Shown: one piece after another, positions 1 to 7,035 of the stretch
How the letters are laid out: every line of letters begins with the position of its first letter
How positions within the stretch are numbered: position 1 is the first letter of the stretch
Sequence record: MW316733.1
Direction: 5' to 3' (one strand)
Length of the DNA: 24,000 nt
DNA from: Acinetobacter phage Bestia
Notes under the pieces: model-generated
Told to the model about the DNA's origin: nothing
Seen by the model: the letters and a program-made list of their open reading frames with translations, nothing else
Databases searched by the model: none
Program-made: the position numbers and the translations under genes

Positions 1-8
1 ACCTGAAA

Positions 9-123
9 GGATAACCTAAAGGTTAAATTTGGTGGGTGGGTAATTTTTAAAACAAACAACCCAAACAAAGGAAAAACCTAAAGGTTAAAACTTAAGAAGA
101 TCCTTAGAGGATAACCTAAAGGT
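9..123 (+). repeat. Short inverted/direct repeats AACCTAAAGGT(T) at 13-24, 75-86 and 113-123
   Basis: GGATAACCTAAAGGT occurs identically at 9-23 and 109-123. AACCTAAAGGTT is at 13-24 and 75-86. Each can form a small AACCT/AGGTT hairpin. Confidence 0.7.
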
Positions 124-141
124 ACAACTTAAAGAAACAAC

Positions 142-169
142 TTGACAAATAGATAAACTGTGCTATTGT
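142..169 (+). promoter_or_regulatory. sigma70-like promoter (TTGACA at 142-147, TATTGT at 164-169)
   Basis: Perfect -35 and weak -10, 16-nt spacer. Shares the 15-mer ACTTGACAAATAGAT with the promoter near 9146. Confidence 0.5.
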
Positions 170-252
170 AATTAGTATAGGGTAACCATAATAAGTAAAC
201 ATATTGATCACTAGGATGTGATTGTCTTAAAAATCAACAAGGAAGGTTTCAT

Positions 253-552
253 ATGCGTAAAAGCAAAAAGAAATCTGGTAAAATTTCCTTTAATATTGTT
301 CCTAAAGAAGCTGTCCAAGCCAAACCTTTAAAAATGACATGTTCTGAGTGCTCCAGTCATAATGTAATTATAGATACTGGTGTGTGCTCTTTACCTAAAG
401 GAAACAACCCAGAAAAACAAGTAATCCACCAGACCATTTGTCTAGATTGCAGTCATGTTGGTGGGGTTTGTCTAACCAGTGAACAAGTAGAACAACTCAT
501 TAGAGATGAGGAAGAGCTAACTGAAGTGATGATTGTTGCTGGAAAACTTTAA
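253..552 (+). CDS. Small protein with Zn-ribbon-like cysteines
   Basis: 99-aa ORF with upstream aaggaagg. CSEC...CLDC spacing suggests a zinc ribbon. Confidence 0.75.
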   Translation: MRKSKKKSGKISFNIVPKEAVQAKPLKMTCSECSSHNVIIDTGVCSLPKGNNPEKQVIHQTICLDCSHVGGVCLTSEQVEQLIRDEEELTEVMIVAGKL

Positions 553-562
553 CAGAATATAG

Positions 563-1198
563 GTGAATGGCATGTTAGTCTTTAAAACACTTGTCTTGGA
601 TTTCCTGACAGGTTTAGTTGGTTTTTTACTTAAAAACTGGAAGTTAGCCTTAATTGGTTTCTTGATTTTATTCTCAGTGCTTTATACCAGTCACCTTAAA
701 GGTGAGTTAAAAGATGCTAAAACTGATTTGGATGCTCAAAAGGCATACCATAGTGCATACGTACAGGCATATGAAAAGGAATTCCAGAAGAGATATGCAG
801 AGGTCGTGCACACAAACAAAAGATTAGTAAAAGATTTGGAGGAAGTCAATGGACAAATTGAAAGGAAAAATCAAGAAGTTGAAGCTACTTATACCTATAA
901 CCGTGCTCTTCTTGATGAGCTTACTCGTAGGTTGTCAAAGCAGCAAAGTTCAGGAACCGAAGGTTGGAACAATTCCAATACTAGTTTACCAACTACCAGA
1001 ACTCCAGAACAAACATCCACAAGCAGATCATTCATCGAATGTGCAGAAGAGCTTACAGAAGTGGCTAGACAAGCCGACTCCTTAGCAATTGATCTTCAAG
1101 CGGTTATCCAAAGTCATAAAAATTATTTAACTGAGGTAGAGATTTTAAACTCAAGTACTTTAAATGAAAATTCCAAGGAATTAGATAAGAGGGATTAA
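563..1198 (+). CDS. Putative i-spanin (Rz-like)
   Basis: 211 aa. N-terminal TM segment (LALIGFLILFSVLYT) followed by a long charged coiled-coil-like region, with a lipoprotein ORF embedded in another frame. Confidence 0.7.
   Translation: MNGMLVFKTLVLDFLTGLVGFLLKNWKLALIGFLILFSVLYTSHLKGELKDAKTDLDAQKAYHSAYVQAYEKEFQKRYAEVVHTNKRLVKDLEEVNGQIERKNQEVEATYTYNRALLDELTRRLSKQQSSGTEGWNNSNTSLPTTRTPEQTSTSRSFIECAEELTEVARQADSLAIDLQAVIQSHKNYLTEVEILNSSTLNENSKELDKRD
849..1085 (+). CDS. Putative o-spanin (Rz1-like lipoprotein) fully embedded in the i-spanin gene
   Basis: 78 aa. KIKKLKLLIPITVLFLMSLLVGC lipoprotein signal peptide with LVGC lipobox, nested out of frame in the i-spanin ORF. Confidence 0.75.
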   Translation: MDKLKGKIKKLKLLIPITVLFLMSLLVGCQSSKVQEPKVGTIPILVYQLPELQNKHPQADHSSNVQKSLQKWLDKPTP

Positions 1199-1201
1199 GT
1201 C

Positions 1202-3553
1202 ATGGCTGATGTATTAGTCACAGGTATTAAAATTGGGGATATGCCCCTTAAAGGTACTGTTTCAGGGAATGAAAAGTTACCTACTGGAGATGTAGGAGAT
1301 TTAGCTGTTACTCCTAATCAAATTAAAGACTTCACGATTCAAGAAGGTAACCTTGTAAATCAAGAACAACTTGATGATGCAATAGAGTCAGTAGAACAAA
1401 CCTCTTCAGGGCTTGCTGGCAGGGTTAGAACATTAGAAGACAGAACTTCTAATGTGAATAATACATCTGATCTTGATAAGCCTATCAGCAACGCTACACA
1501 AGCTGCTTTGAATGCTAAGGCAGATAAGGTTGATGTCTACGATAAGAGCCAAGTTTACAATAAGACTGAGGTCAGTGCTCTATTAGATCTTAAAGCCAAT
1601 GCAAACCAAGTAGTTTCTTCTTTTAATGGTCAAACTGGTTCAGTTACACTAGATCAATCTGATCTTGTTAATGTTGGTGGTAATTTCACTGCAACACCAA
1701 TTTTTCAAAACGTACCTAAATTAACAAAACCTGATGGTAGCTCTATACCAGAGATTGATTCTCAAATTCAACCATTAGTAAATAGTATAGTAGTCCATAG
1801 ACAAGGATTAACCCCGACATTTGATCAAGCTTATGCTGCATCTATTGGCGGTTATCCATTAAATTCTCGTTTGATGCTTGATAATGGTGATATTGTTCAA
1901 TCAACAATTGCCAATAATATTAACAATCCAAATAACAACATGACTGGATGGTCAAAGACTAAAGTAACATCGGAAAATGTTAGTGATAGTCGCGGAATTA
2001 GCCAACAAGAATTTAATAATAATTTTGTTACGCCTGAAATGTTTGGTGCGAAAGCCAATGATCCATCATTCGACAACACAACTGCGCTGAATGCTGCTTT
2101 CGCCACTGGCAAGGATGTCTATAGCACTACTGATAAGACCTACTATGTTACTATGCCAATCAAGACAAAAGGACAAAAGGTGCACGGTGGATTTAAGATT
2201 GTGTCTAACCGAGACACAACTCTTACCGTTACAGCAGATTCAAGCAAGCCAGATCAAAGCAAATTGCGGTTCTTGTATGTAGGAACTGCATGCGACTTGG
2301 TTGATTTTCTTTTCATCAAGTCTCTGGGTATAAATACTATTCTGCACTATTTGCAGTTCAAGGATGGGCGTGATTATGAAAAAAATACGACACTCACAGA
2401 AGTCTTAGACACAATCACGACTGCTGGGCTGAACTGCATTGTAAGCACATTCGACTGGGTGGTTAAGCCAGACTTGCCGACTTGGGTCGCTACTGCTGAA
2501 AAGTACGAATGCGTAACAGGTTACTATTTGTTTGATGAGCCACAGCCAAACAATACTACACTAGCTGATCAAGAAGCAGCTATCAGTGCGATGCGGGCAT
2601 TAACTAATAAGCCACTTGCCGTTGCAGATGGAATGATTAGTCTAAGTTTTACTGAACGACAAATATCACCTAATTTTGATATGCTGTTCTTAGACCTTTA
2701 TTCCCCGACAAACGGATTACTTGGAAAGAATCCATCGGAAACAGCAAAAGCGTGGATGCAAGAATCATTGTCAATTTATCGAAATCTATGTCCAAATACG
2801 CTTGTAATTCCTTGTACTAATGCGTTTTTGTGGAGTAGTGGCAATACGGTTGATAGCATCACTGACTATGTAATCAACACACCCAAATATGCTAACGGTG
2901 ATTTCGGTTTATTTATATGGGATGGATGGGTGGCTACTGATATTGCAGACAGATTAAAAACTAATGTTAGTTTGCAAAATCTTGTGAAAGGTACATGCAA
3001 CATCAACCCAAAAAGTGGCGAATACTTCACAGATCATCATGTTTTTGGCGTCTACAATGTCGGGCCTTATCTGCAATATGATTTTGGCCTACAAGACCTT
3101 CAGAATGTTTTGAATTACGACAAGCCTGACGATGTTGCAGCGACAACGAACAATTTTGCGATAGGACATTTTCTTGCTGGTAGCGACCAAACGACAGGCA
3201 GCAGAACGCTAAATATTACAAATGGATGGAATTATGATTTTGGCGGCCTTCTATTTAAAGGAACGAGCGCGATTGCACTAACAAACATCAAAGTAAATAA
3301 CTTGACGCATTTGCTAAGGGTGCGCTCGTTTTATCAGAATTCTGGAACATTGAATTTATATGAGACTTTTGACATGGGCTTTACGAAAAGACTAATATTC
3401 ACTTCACCTATTATCGACGGGTACTTAGAGACAGAAGCTTTTAGGCTGCAAGGTTCGGGCGGCAATCTAATGATTGAGGTATTAACTCCTGATGCAACTG
3501 ATCTCGATTATCGAGGAGCAATAAAAGGAATTATCTGTAATTCAAACTGGTAA
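1202..3553 (+). CDS. Tailspike / receptor-binding protein with probable glycosidase-like domain
   Basis: 783 aa. N-terminal repetitive spacer (KADKVDVYDKSQVYNKTEVSALLDLKANANQV, NGQTGSVTL) and a spike-like VTPEMFGAKAND segment, then a TIM-barrel-like region containing YYLFDEPQP. Confidence 0.75.
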   Translation: MADVLVTGIKIGDMPLKGTVSGNEKLPTGDVGDLAVTPNQIKDFTIQEGNLVNQEQLDDAIESVEQTSSGLAGRVRTLEDRTSNVNNTSDLDKPISNATQAALNAKADKVDVYDKSQVYNKTEVSALLDLKANANQVVSSFNGQTGSVTLDQSDLVNVGGNFTATPIFQNVPKLTKPDGSSIPEIDSQIQPLVNSIVVHRQGLTPTFDQAYAASIGGYPLNSRLMLDNGDIVQSTIANNINNPNNNMTGWSKTKVTSENVSDSRGISQQEFNNNFVTPEMFGAKANDPSFDNTTALNAAFATGKDVYSTTDKTYYVTMPIKTKGQKVHGGFKIVSNRDTTLTVTADSSKPDQSKLRFLYVGTACDLVDFLFIKSLGINTILHYLQFKDGRDYEKNTTLTEVLDTITTAGLNCIVSTFDWVVKPDLPTWVATAEKYECVTGYYLFDEPQPNNTTLADQEAAISAMRALTNKPLAVADGMISLSFTERQISPNFDMLFLDLYSPTNGLLGKNPSETAKAWMQESLSIYRNLCPNTLVIPCTNAFLWSSGNTVDSITDYVINTPKYANGDFGLFIWDGWVATDIADRLKTNVSLQNLVKGTCNINPKSGEYFTDHHVFGVYNVGPYLQYDFGLQDLQNVLNYDKPDDVAATTNNFAIGHFLAGSDQTTGSRTLNITNGWNYDFGGLLFKGTSAIALTNIKVNNLTHLLRVRSFYQNSGTLNLYETFDMGFTKRLIFTSPIIDGYLETEAFRLQGSGGNLMIEVLTPDATDLDYRGAIKGIICNSNW

Positions 3554-3555
3554 CA

Positions 3556-3576
3556 AAAGCCCCGAAGGGCTTTTTT
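3556..3576 (+). terminator. Rho-independent terminator
   Basis: AAAGCCCCGAAGGGCTTTTTT hairpin followed by T-run just after the tailspike stop. Confidence 0.9.
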
Positions 3577-3630
3577 ATTGTTCACAAGAAAGTGCTATTA
3601 TAAGTAAAACTTATATAGGATGAATCTATA

Positions 3631-3801
3631 GTGGATTTTGTTAACATGATTCTGGAGTGGCTAAAAGCCCATGTAGGCGTCATATTCATGGGGGTGGCTG
3701 GTGTTATCTTGTGTGCAGCACTTTCAACGCCAATGGTTTTGTACTACTTCTCTAGACCATTTGACAAACTAACTTTCTGTGATAAAATGAATAGTTTTTA
3801 A
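3631..3801 (+). CDS. Small membrane protein, possible holin
   Basis: Not in the supplied track. GTG-start ORF of 56 aa: VDFVNMILEWLKAHVGVIFMGVAGVILCAALSTPMVLYYFSRPFDKLTFCDKMNSF, one strong TM segment, directly upstream of the endolysin. Upstream ATATAGGATG weak RBS. Confidence 0.45.
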   Translation: MDFVNMILEWLKAHVGVIFMGVAGVILCAALSTPMVLYYFSRPFDKLTFCDKMNSF

Positions 3802-3815
3802 TCAGGGAGTTAGTT

Positions 3816-4202
3816 TTGTCTAGTTTAATGTGTATGGCATTGGTTATCTTTTCGGAAGCTCGTGGTGAGCCACTTAAAGGCAAACAAGCTGTTGCAGAAG
3901 TAGTAGCAACACGATCTATTGAATGGAACAAAGATGTATGTGGTGTCATTTACCAGAAGGGTCAATTTACAGGAATTAGAAATGTAAAGCCACCTAAAGA
4001 GGGGACACCAGCACGAAAAGAATGGGAAGATTGTCATGCAATTGCCAAAAAGTATGTTCATGATGAGAAAGCCGTTACCAAATATAATGTAAAAAGACCT
4101 ACAAACTTTACCAACAGGGCACTCTATTTCAATCGAGGTAGTAGTTGCTCTAATGGTAGTTATAAGATAACCAAGATAGGAAATCACGTTTTTTGTAGGT
4201 GA
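3816..4202 (+). CDS. Endolysin, SleB/cell wall hydrolase-like (hydrolase_2)
   Basis: 128 aa with TTG start. MALVIFSEARGEPLKGKQAVAEVVATRS matches the conserved N-terminal pattern of SleB-like hydrolases. CAGGGAG RBS upstream. Confidence 0.75.
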   Translation: MSSLMCMALVIFSEARGEPLKGKQAVAEVVATRSIEWNKDVCGVIYQKGQFTGIRNVKPPKEGTPARKEWEDCHAIAKKYVHDEKAVTKYNVKRPTNFTNRALYFNRGSSCSNGSYKITKIGNHVFCR

Positions 4203-4226
4203 TTTTAATATTTAAAGGAGTTAAGT

Positions 4227-4742
4227 ATGTCACAGGAACGTGAAGACTTAGAAGTTTCTTCTCAAGATACTCCAATTGGCTCTGAGTTAATGACTAATGC
4301 TCAGAAAAAACTCAAAGAAGCCCAAAAGAAAAGAGTATCTTTAGAAAAAATTATTGCTTTAACAGACGATGCTATGATTGACTCGATTCAGTACATGCAC
4401 CAAACAGTAAATAATCCTAAAGTAAGTCCGAATGCTCGTGTTGTTTGTGCAAACAACTTAGTTGCAATCAACCTTAAAGCTAAAAAACAACTTACAGAAG
4501 AGAAAATGGCTGAACAAATGTATAGACACAAGGAACTTGTTATCCGTGCTGAAGCTATGAAGATTGCCCAATTGGCTGGTATAGGTCAAGAAGGTGGAGG
4601 ATATGCTTCAGAAAGAACTGGAACTTTACAGCTAGAGTATGTAGAGAATCCAGAATATGCTGATGTTCCTACAGACCCAACATTAGCTGAGGGATACATT
4701 CCTGAATCTGGTGAGGGTCTAGGTGAGTATGAGGTAAATTAA
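4227..4742 (+). CDS. Putative terminase small subunit
   Basis: 171 aa, RBS aaaggag. Charged helical composition and location at the edge of the packaging region. Family assignment is by context only. Confidence 0.4.
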   Translation: MSQEREDLEVSSQDTPIGSELMTNAQKKLKEAQKKRVSLEKIIALTDDAMIDSIQYMHQTVNNPKVSPNARVVCANNLVAINLKAKKQLTEEKMAEQMYRHKELVIRAEAMKIAQLAGIGQEGGGYASERTGTLQLEYVENPEYADVPTDPTLAEGYIPESGEGLGEYEVN

Positions 4743-4825
4743 CCTTATTTTGTACAATAAATATACAACTAAGTAATATTTTTAGGGTTTTTATGAAAAA
4801 TTTATAAAAATATCAAATTTAGGTG

Positions 4826-4853
4826 TTGACAATGTATAAAAATCTGGTAATCT
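4826..4853 (+). promoter_or_regulatory. Candidate sigma70-like promoter for the tRNA/ncRNA region
   Basis: TTGACA (4826-4831), 16 nt, TAATCT (4848-4853), upstream of tRNA-Tyr. Confidence 0.45.
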
Positions 4854-4914
4854 TAAATACATAGCGCTGATAAACACATTGCTGATTTGTTTTTAATAGT
4901 TATGTCCTTATCGG

Positions 4915-4942
4915 TAACCAAGAGTAAAAGCCCTCTTGGTTA
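4915..4942 (+). promoter_or_regulatory. 10-bp perfect hairpin immediately 5' of tRNA-Tyr
   Basis: TAACCAAGAG (4915-4924) / CTCTTGGTTA (4933-4942), 8-nt loop, ending 3 nt before the tRNA. Confidence 0.55.
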
Positions 4943-4945
4943 TTT

Positions 4946-5027
4946 GTAGTAGTGCCCGAGTGGTCGAAGGGGGTGGACTGTAAATTCACTATATCACACG
5001 TTGGTTCGAATCCAACCTGCTACACCA
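4946..5027 (+). tRNA. tRNA-Tyr(GTA)
   Basis: Acceptor GTAGTAG/CTGCTAC, anticodon loop CTGTAAA, class II variable region, T arm GTTGG-TTCGAAT-CCAAC, encoded CCA. Confidence 0.9.
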
Positions 5028-5045
5028 CAATGGTGGAAATTTTAG

Positions 5046-5109
5046 AGAGTGAATAACGCTGTGTGCCTAGATGGTGCTACGGATACCAAGTCCAACTCTT
5101 ATTCACTCT
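5046..5109 (+). ncRNA. Structured element closed by 11-bp perfect helix
   Basis: AGAGTGAATAA (5046-5056) / TTATTCACTCT (5099-5109). Inner TGGT/ACCA hairpin. No coding potential. Confidence 0.45.
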
Positions 5110-5122
5110 ACTAAAGTTTAAG

Positions 5123-5270
5123 CATATTAGCGAAAGGCAAAACTCGAAAGAGATATTACGCTATGAGAAAGGGAACAATGAAATGCCGAACCTTCTCCCC
5201 TACTTGCAATGCGGTATTAGCGTCAAGTCAAAATGACAAAGTGCAAGATTGTAGACTGACTGCTAGGAAA
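5123..5270 (+). ncRNA. Structured non-coding spacer
   Basis: TAGCG (5128-5132)/CGCTA (5159-5163) enclosing CTC-GAAA-GAG (5143-5152); GAGAA(A)GG (5165-5172)/CCTTCTC (5191-5197); CTTGCA (5203-5208)/TGCAAG (5242-5247) enclosing GTCA/TGAC. Confidence 0.45.
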
Positions 5271-5286
5271 GACTAGTAAATTTAGA

Positions 5287-5333
5287 GAAGTGAATTCTGA
5301 TGGGGATTCTCGTTGGTTGCTAGCGTTCACTTC
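5287..5333 (+). ncRNA. Small structured element
   Basis: GAAGTGAA (5287-5294)/TTCACTTC (5326-5333) perfect 8 bp. Confidence 0.35.
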
Positions 5334-5345
5334 ATCTAAGTTTAT

Positions 5346-5430
5346 GCGGGTACCTGATTGGTGTATTGAAGCAAGTGACTAGTTAAACTTGTGAATAGAG
5401 AGTGGTTTGATTCCACGTGACTCCGCTCCA
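5346..5430 (+). pseudogene. Degenerate tRNA or tRNA-like element
   Basis: GCGGG...CTCCGC-T-CCA acceptor-like ends, anticodon-arm-like CAAGT-GACTAGTTAA-ACTTG (10-nt loop), T-arm-like GTGG-TTTGATT-CCAC. The parts do not assemble into a canonical cloverleaf. Confidence 0.4.
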
Positions 5431-5448
5431 AAATTTTACTAGTTATAT

Positions 5449-5523
5449 AGTACCTTAGTTCAGGGGTAGAACGCAGAACTGATAATTCTGAGGTCGATGG
5501 TTCGAAACCATCAGGTACTACCA
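5449..5523 (+). tRNA. tRNA-Ile(GAT)
   Basis: AGTACCT/AGGTACT acceptor, CAGAA-CTGATAA-TTCTG, T arm GATGG-TTCGAAA-CCATC, encoded CCA. Confidence 0.93.
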
Positions 5524-5542
5524 AAATTTAATTGAAAGATTT

Positions 5543-5632
5543 ATTTAAGATGTACTCTCTATTTGTCAAATTAACATCAAGTGTAATCTTACTCTGACTG
5601 GTACGCCAATACCATAAGATTACATCTTAAAT
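5543..5632 (+). ncRNA. Structured element between tRNA-Ile and tRNA-Asn
   Basis: ATTTAAGATGTA (5543-5554)/TACATCTTAAAT (5621-5632), 12-bp perfect. Inner GTAATCTTA (5583-5591)/TAAGATTAC (5615-5623) capped by TGGTA-cgccaa-TACCA. Confidence 0.55.
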
Positions 5633-5665
5633 AGATTTTATAGCTATTTTAAAAGTTTATTCAGG

Positions 5666-5737
5666 TCTAGTGTAGCACAACGGTAGTGCAGCAGATTGTT
5701 AATCTGTGGGTTGTTGGTTCGAATCCAGCCTCTAGAG
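5666..5737 (+). tRNA. tRNA-Asn(GTT), CCA not encoded
   Basis: TCTAGTG/CTCTAGA acceptor (one T-T mismatch), D arm GCAC-AACGGTA-GTGC, anticodon loop TTGTTAA, T arm GTTGG-TTCGAAT-CCAGC. Confidence 0.85.
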
Positions 5738-6527
5738 CCTGAGTAAATTTTTGATGATTTGCATGAGTGTAACTGATATGGTTGTAAGTCATCAAATTAA
5801 GAATTACCCTTCGGGGTGTGGGTCGTGTATAACCCTTAGATAAACTGCAAAACAGTATAAAGTCGTAACGGCAGTTATGGCGCAGAGTAAAATCTGTCAA
5901 GTACACACTCAAGGTATCATACTTATGTGGCGTAGAGCCAATCGGTGTAAACCATTTAAGTATGGGAGTGTAATGCTCCTGAGTCGATAGACAATAAGAG
6001 AACTTGAAGGTATCTAGCGAAGTTGATTGTCAAGTCAAAACGCTGTTTACCATTGTGAGAGGTATATAGAGTTTAACAGGTGGTGCTGAATCTCGGTGTC
6101 CTAAACCAAGTGGACAATATATGCTTTAAACATCGTGCACGATAAAGCACATTAGGTAGTGTGGTATTGATGGGTTCAAAAGATCTGTTAGCCACAGAGA
6201 AACCACTATCTAAGCAAAACAAATTTACATTTAGGAAAAAATTAAATTCAAAAGTGTTTCTCACGTTGGCATGAAAGGTGCTTACATAGTAATGGGTTGT
6301 CCATTGCACATTTAACCCGAAAGGTTATTTGTAGTTTCATGAAAGGATTATGTTTGGTAGGCATACTAGCATAGTTTGAGTATTGGGAGAGTAGTTCCAA
6401 CGTCTAAGAGTGGTTAGCTATACTGACCAGCACTGATCACTACTATATAAAGTATAGTGGATAATGAGGGAAAAGATAATCCTCTCAAGGTGGTCATTTA
6501 AACGTGTAATCTCAGCGTTTTACTTGT
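5738..6527 (+). ncRNA. Candidate large ornate structured RNA (GOLLD/ROOL-like in size and context)
   Basis: About 790 nt non-coding between tRNA-Asn and tRNA-Asp with many local and nested helices, including a cUUCGg tetraloop (5806-5817), an 8-bp helix 5918-5925/5957-5964, a 7-bp helix 6263-6269/6397-6403 closing a 141-nt domain, and AATGG/CCATT 6291-6305. Family assignment is inference. Confidence 0.5.
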
Positions 6528-6603
6528 GGCTCGTTAGCTCAATCGGGAGAGCACTACACTGTCACTGTAGAGGTAATGGGATCGAAACCCATACGAGTCG
6601 CCA
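6528..6603 (+). tRNA. tRNA-Asp(GTC)
   Basis: GGCTCGT/ACGAGTC, anticodon arm CTACA-CTGTCAC-TGTAG, G73, CCA. Confidence 0.93.
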
Positions 6604-6605
6604 AT

Positions 6606-6682
6606 AGGACGTTAGCTCAGTTGGTTAGAGCAAGAGCCTTTTAAGTTCGAGGTCATAGGTTCAAATCCTATACGTCCTACCA
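6606..6682 (+). tRNA. tRNA-Lys(TTT)
   Basis: AGGACGT/ACGTCCT, GCTC/GAGC D stem, anticodon loop CTTTTAA, T arm ATAGG-TTCAAAT-CCTAT, CCA. Confidence 0.92.
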
Positions 6683-6688
6683 ACAATG

Positions 6689-6762
6689 GTGACTTTAGTG
6701 TAATGGTTAGCATCACTCCCTGTGAAGGAGAAGGTCAGGGTTCAAATCCCGAAGTCACACCA
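6689..6762 (+). tRNA. tRNA-His(GTG)
   Basis: GTGACTT/AAGTCAC (extra G at -1), anticodon arm CTCC-CTGTGAA-GGAG, T arm CAGGG-TTCAAAT-CCCGA, CCA. Confidence 0.9.
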
Positions 6763-6775
6763 AGAATTTTAAGAA

Positions 6776-6838
6776 TTTCAAACATGCTGTAGGTTTCCAC
6801 ATGTGGTGGAGTAATCTTAGGTCCTAAGAAGTTTGAAA
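6776..6838 (+). ncRNA. Structured element
   Basis: TTTCAAAC (6776-6783)/GTTTGAAA (6831-6838) perfect 8 bp enclosing TCTTAG-GTC-CTAAGA (6815-6829). Confidence 0.4.
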
Positions 6839-6935
6839 GTGGGGCGACACCTGCCTGAAGTAGTAGCTGATAATGGCCTGTTAGTGAATCTAAGTGGTGT
6901 GACTTGACTGACTTGGAGAGGAAGGTCGGGGCAAA

Positions 6936-7010
6936 GCACAAGTAGCTGAGATGGATTAGCGTAACCCTGAAAAGGTTGAGAGGTTGGATCGTTACCAACA
7001 TTGTGCACCA
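6936..7010 (+). tRNA. tRNA-Phe(GAA)
   Basis: GCACAAG/ATTGTGC (6 bp plus mismatch), AACC-CTGAAAA-GGTT, T arm GTTGG-ATCGTTA-CCAAC, A73, CCA. Confidence 0.82.
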
Positions 7011-7035
7011 AATTTTTAAAAGAGAGATTATTTTA

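Noticed and set aside
2091-2282. 63-aa ORF inside the tailspike gene, and minus-strand 1897-2112
   Set aside because: Out-of-frame ORFs within a well supported coding gene with no independent evidence.
3752-4187. Minus-strand ORFs over the endolysin gene (3752-3949, 3825-4187)
   Set aside because: Antisense to a protein with clear family motifs and RBS. No supporting context.
5028-5448. Group I intron interrupting a tRNA
   Set aside because: I looked for P/Q/R/S core sequences and for tRNA halves that would rejoin. No convincing core or exon pairing was found, though a covariance search is needed to exclude it.
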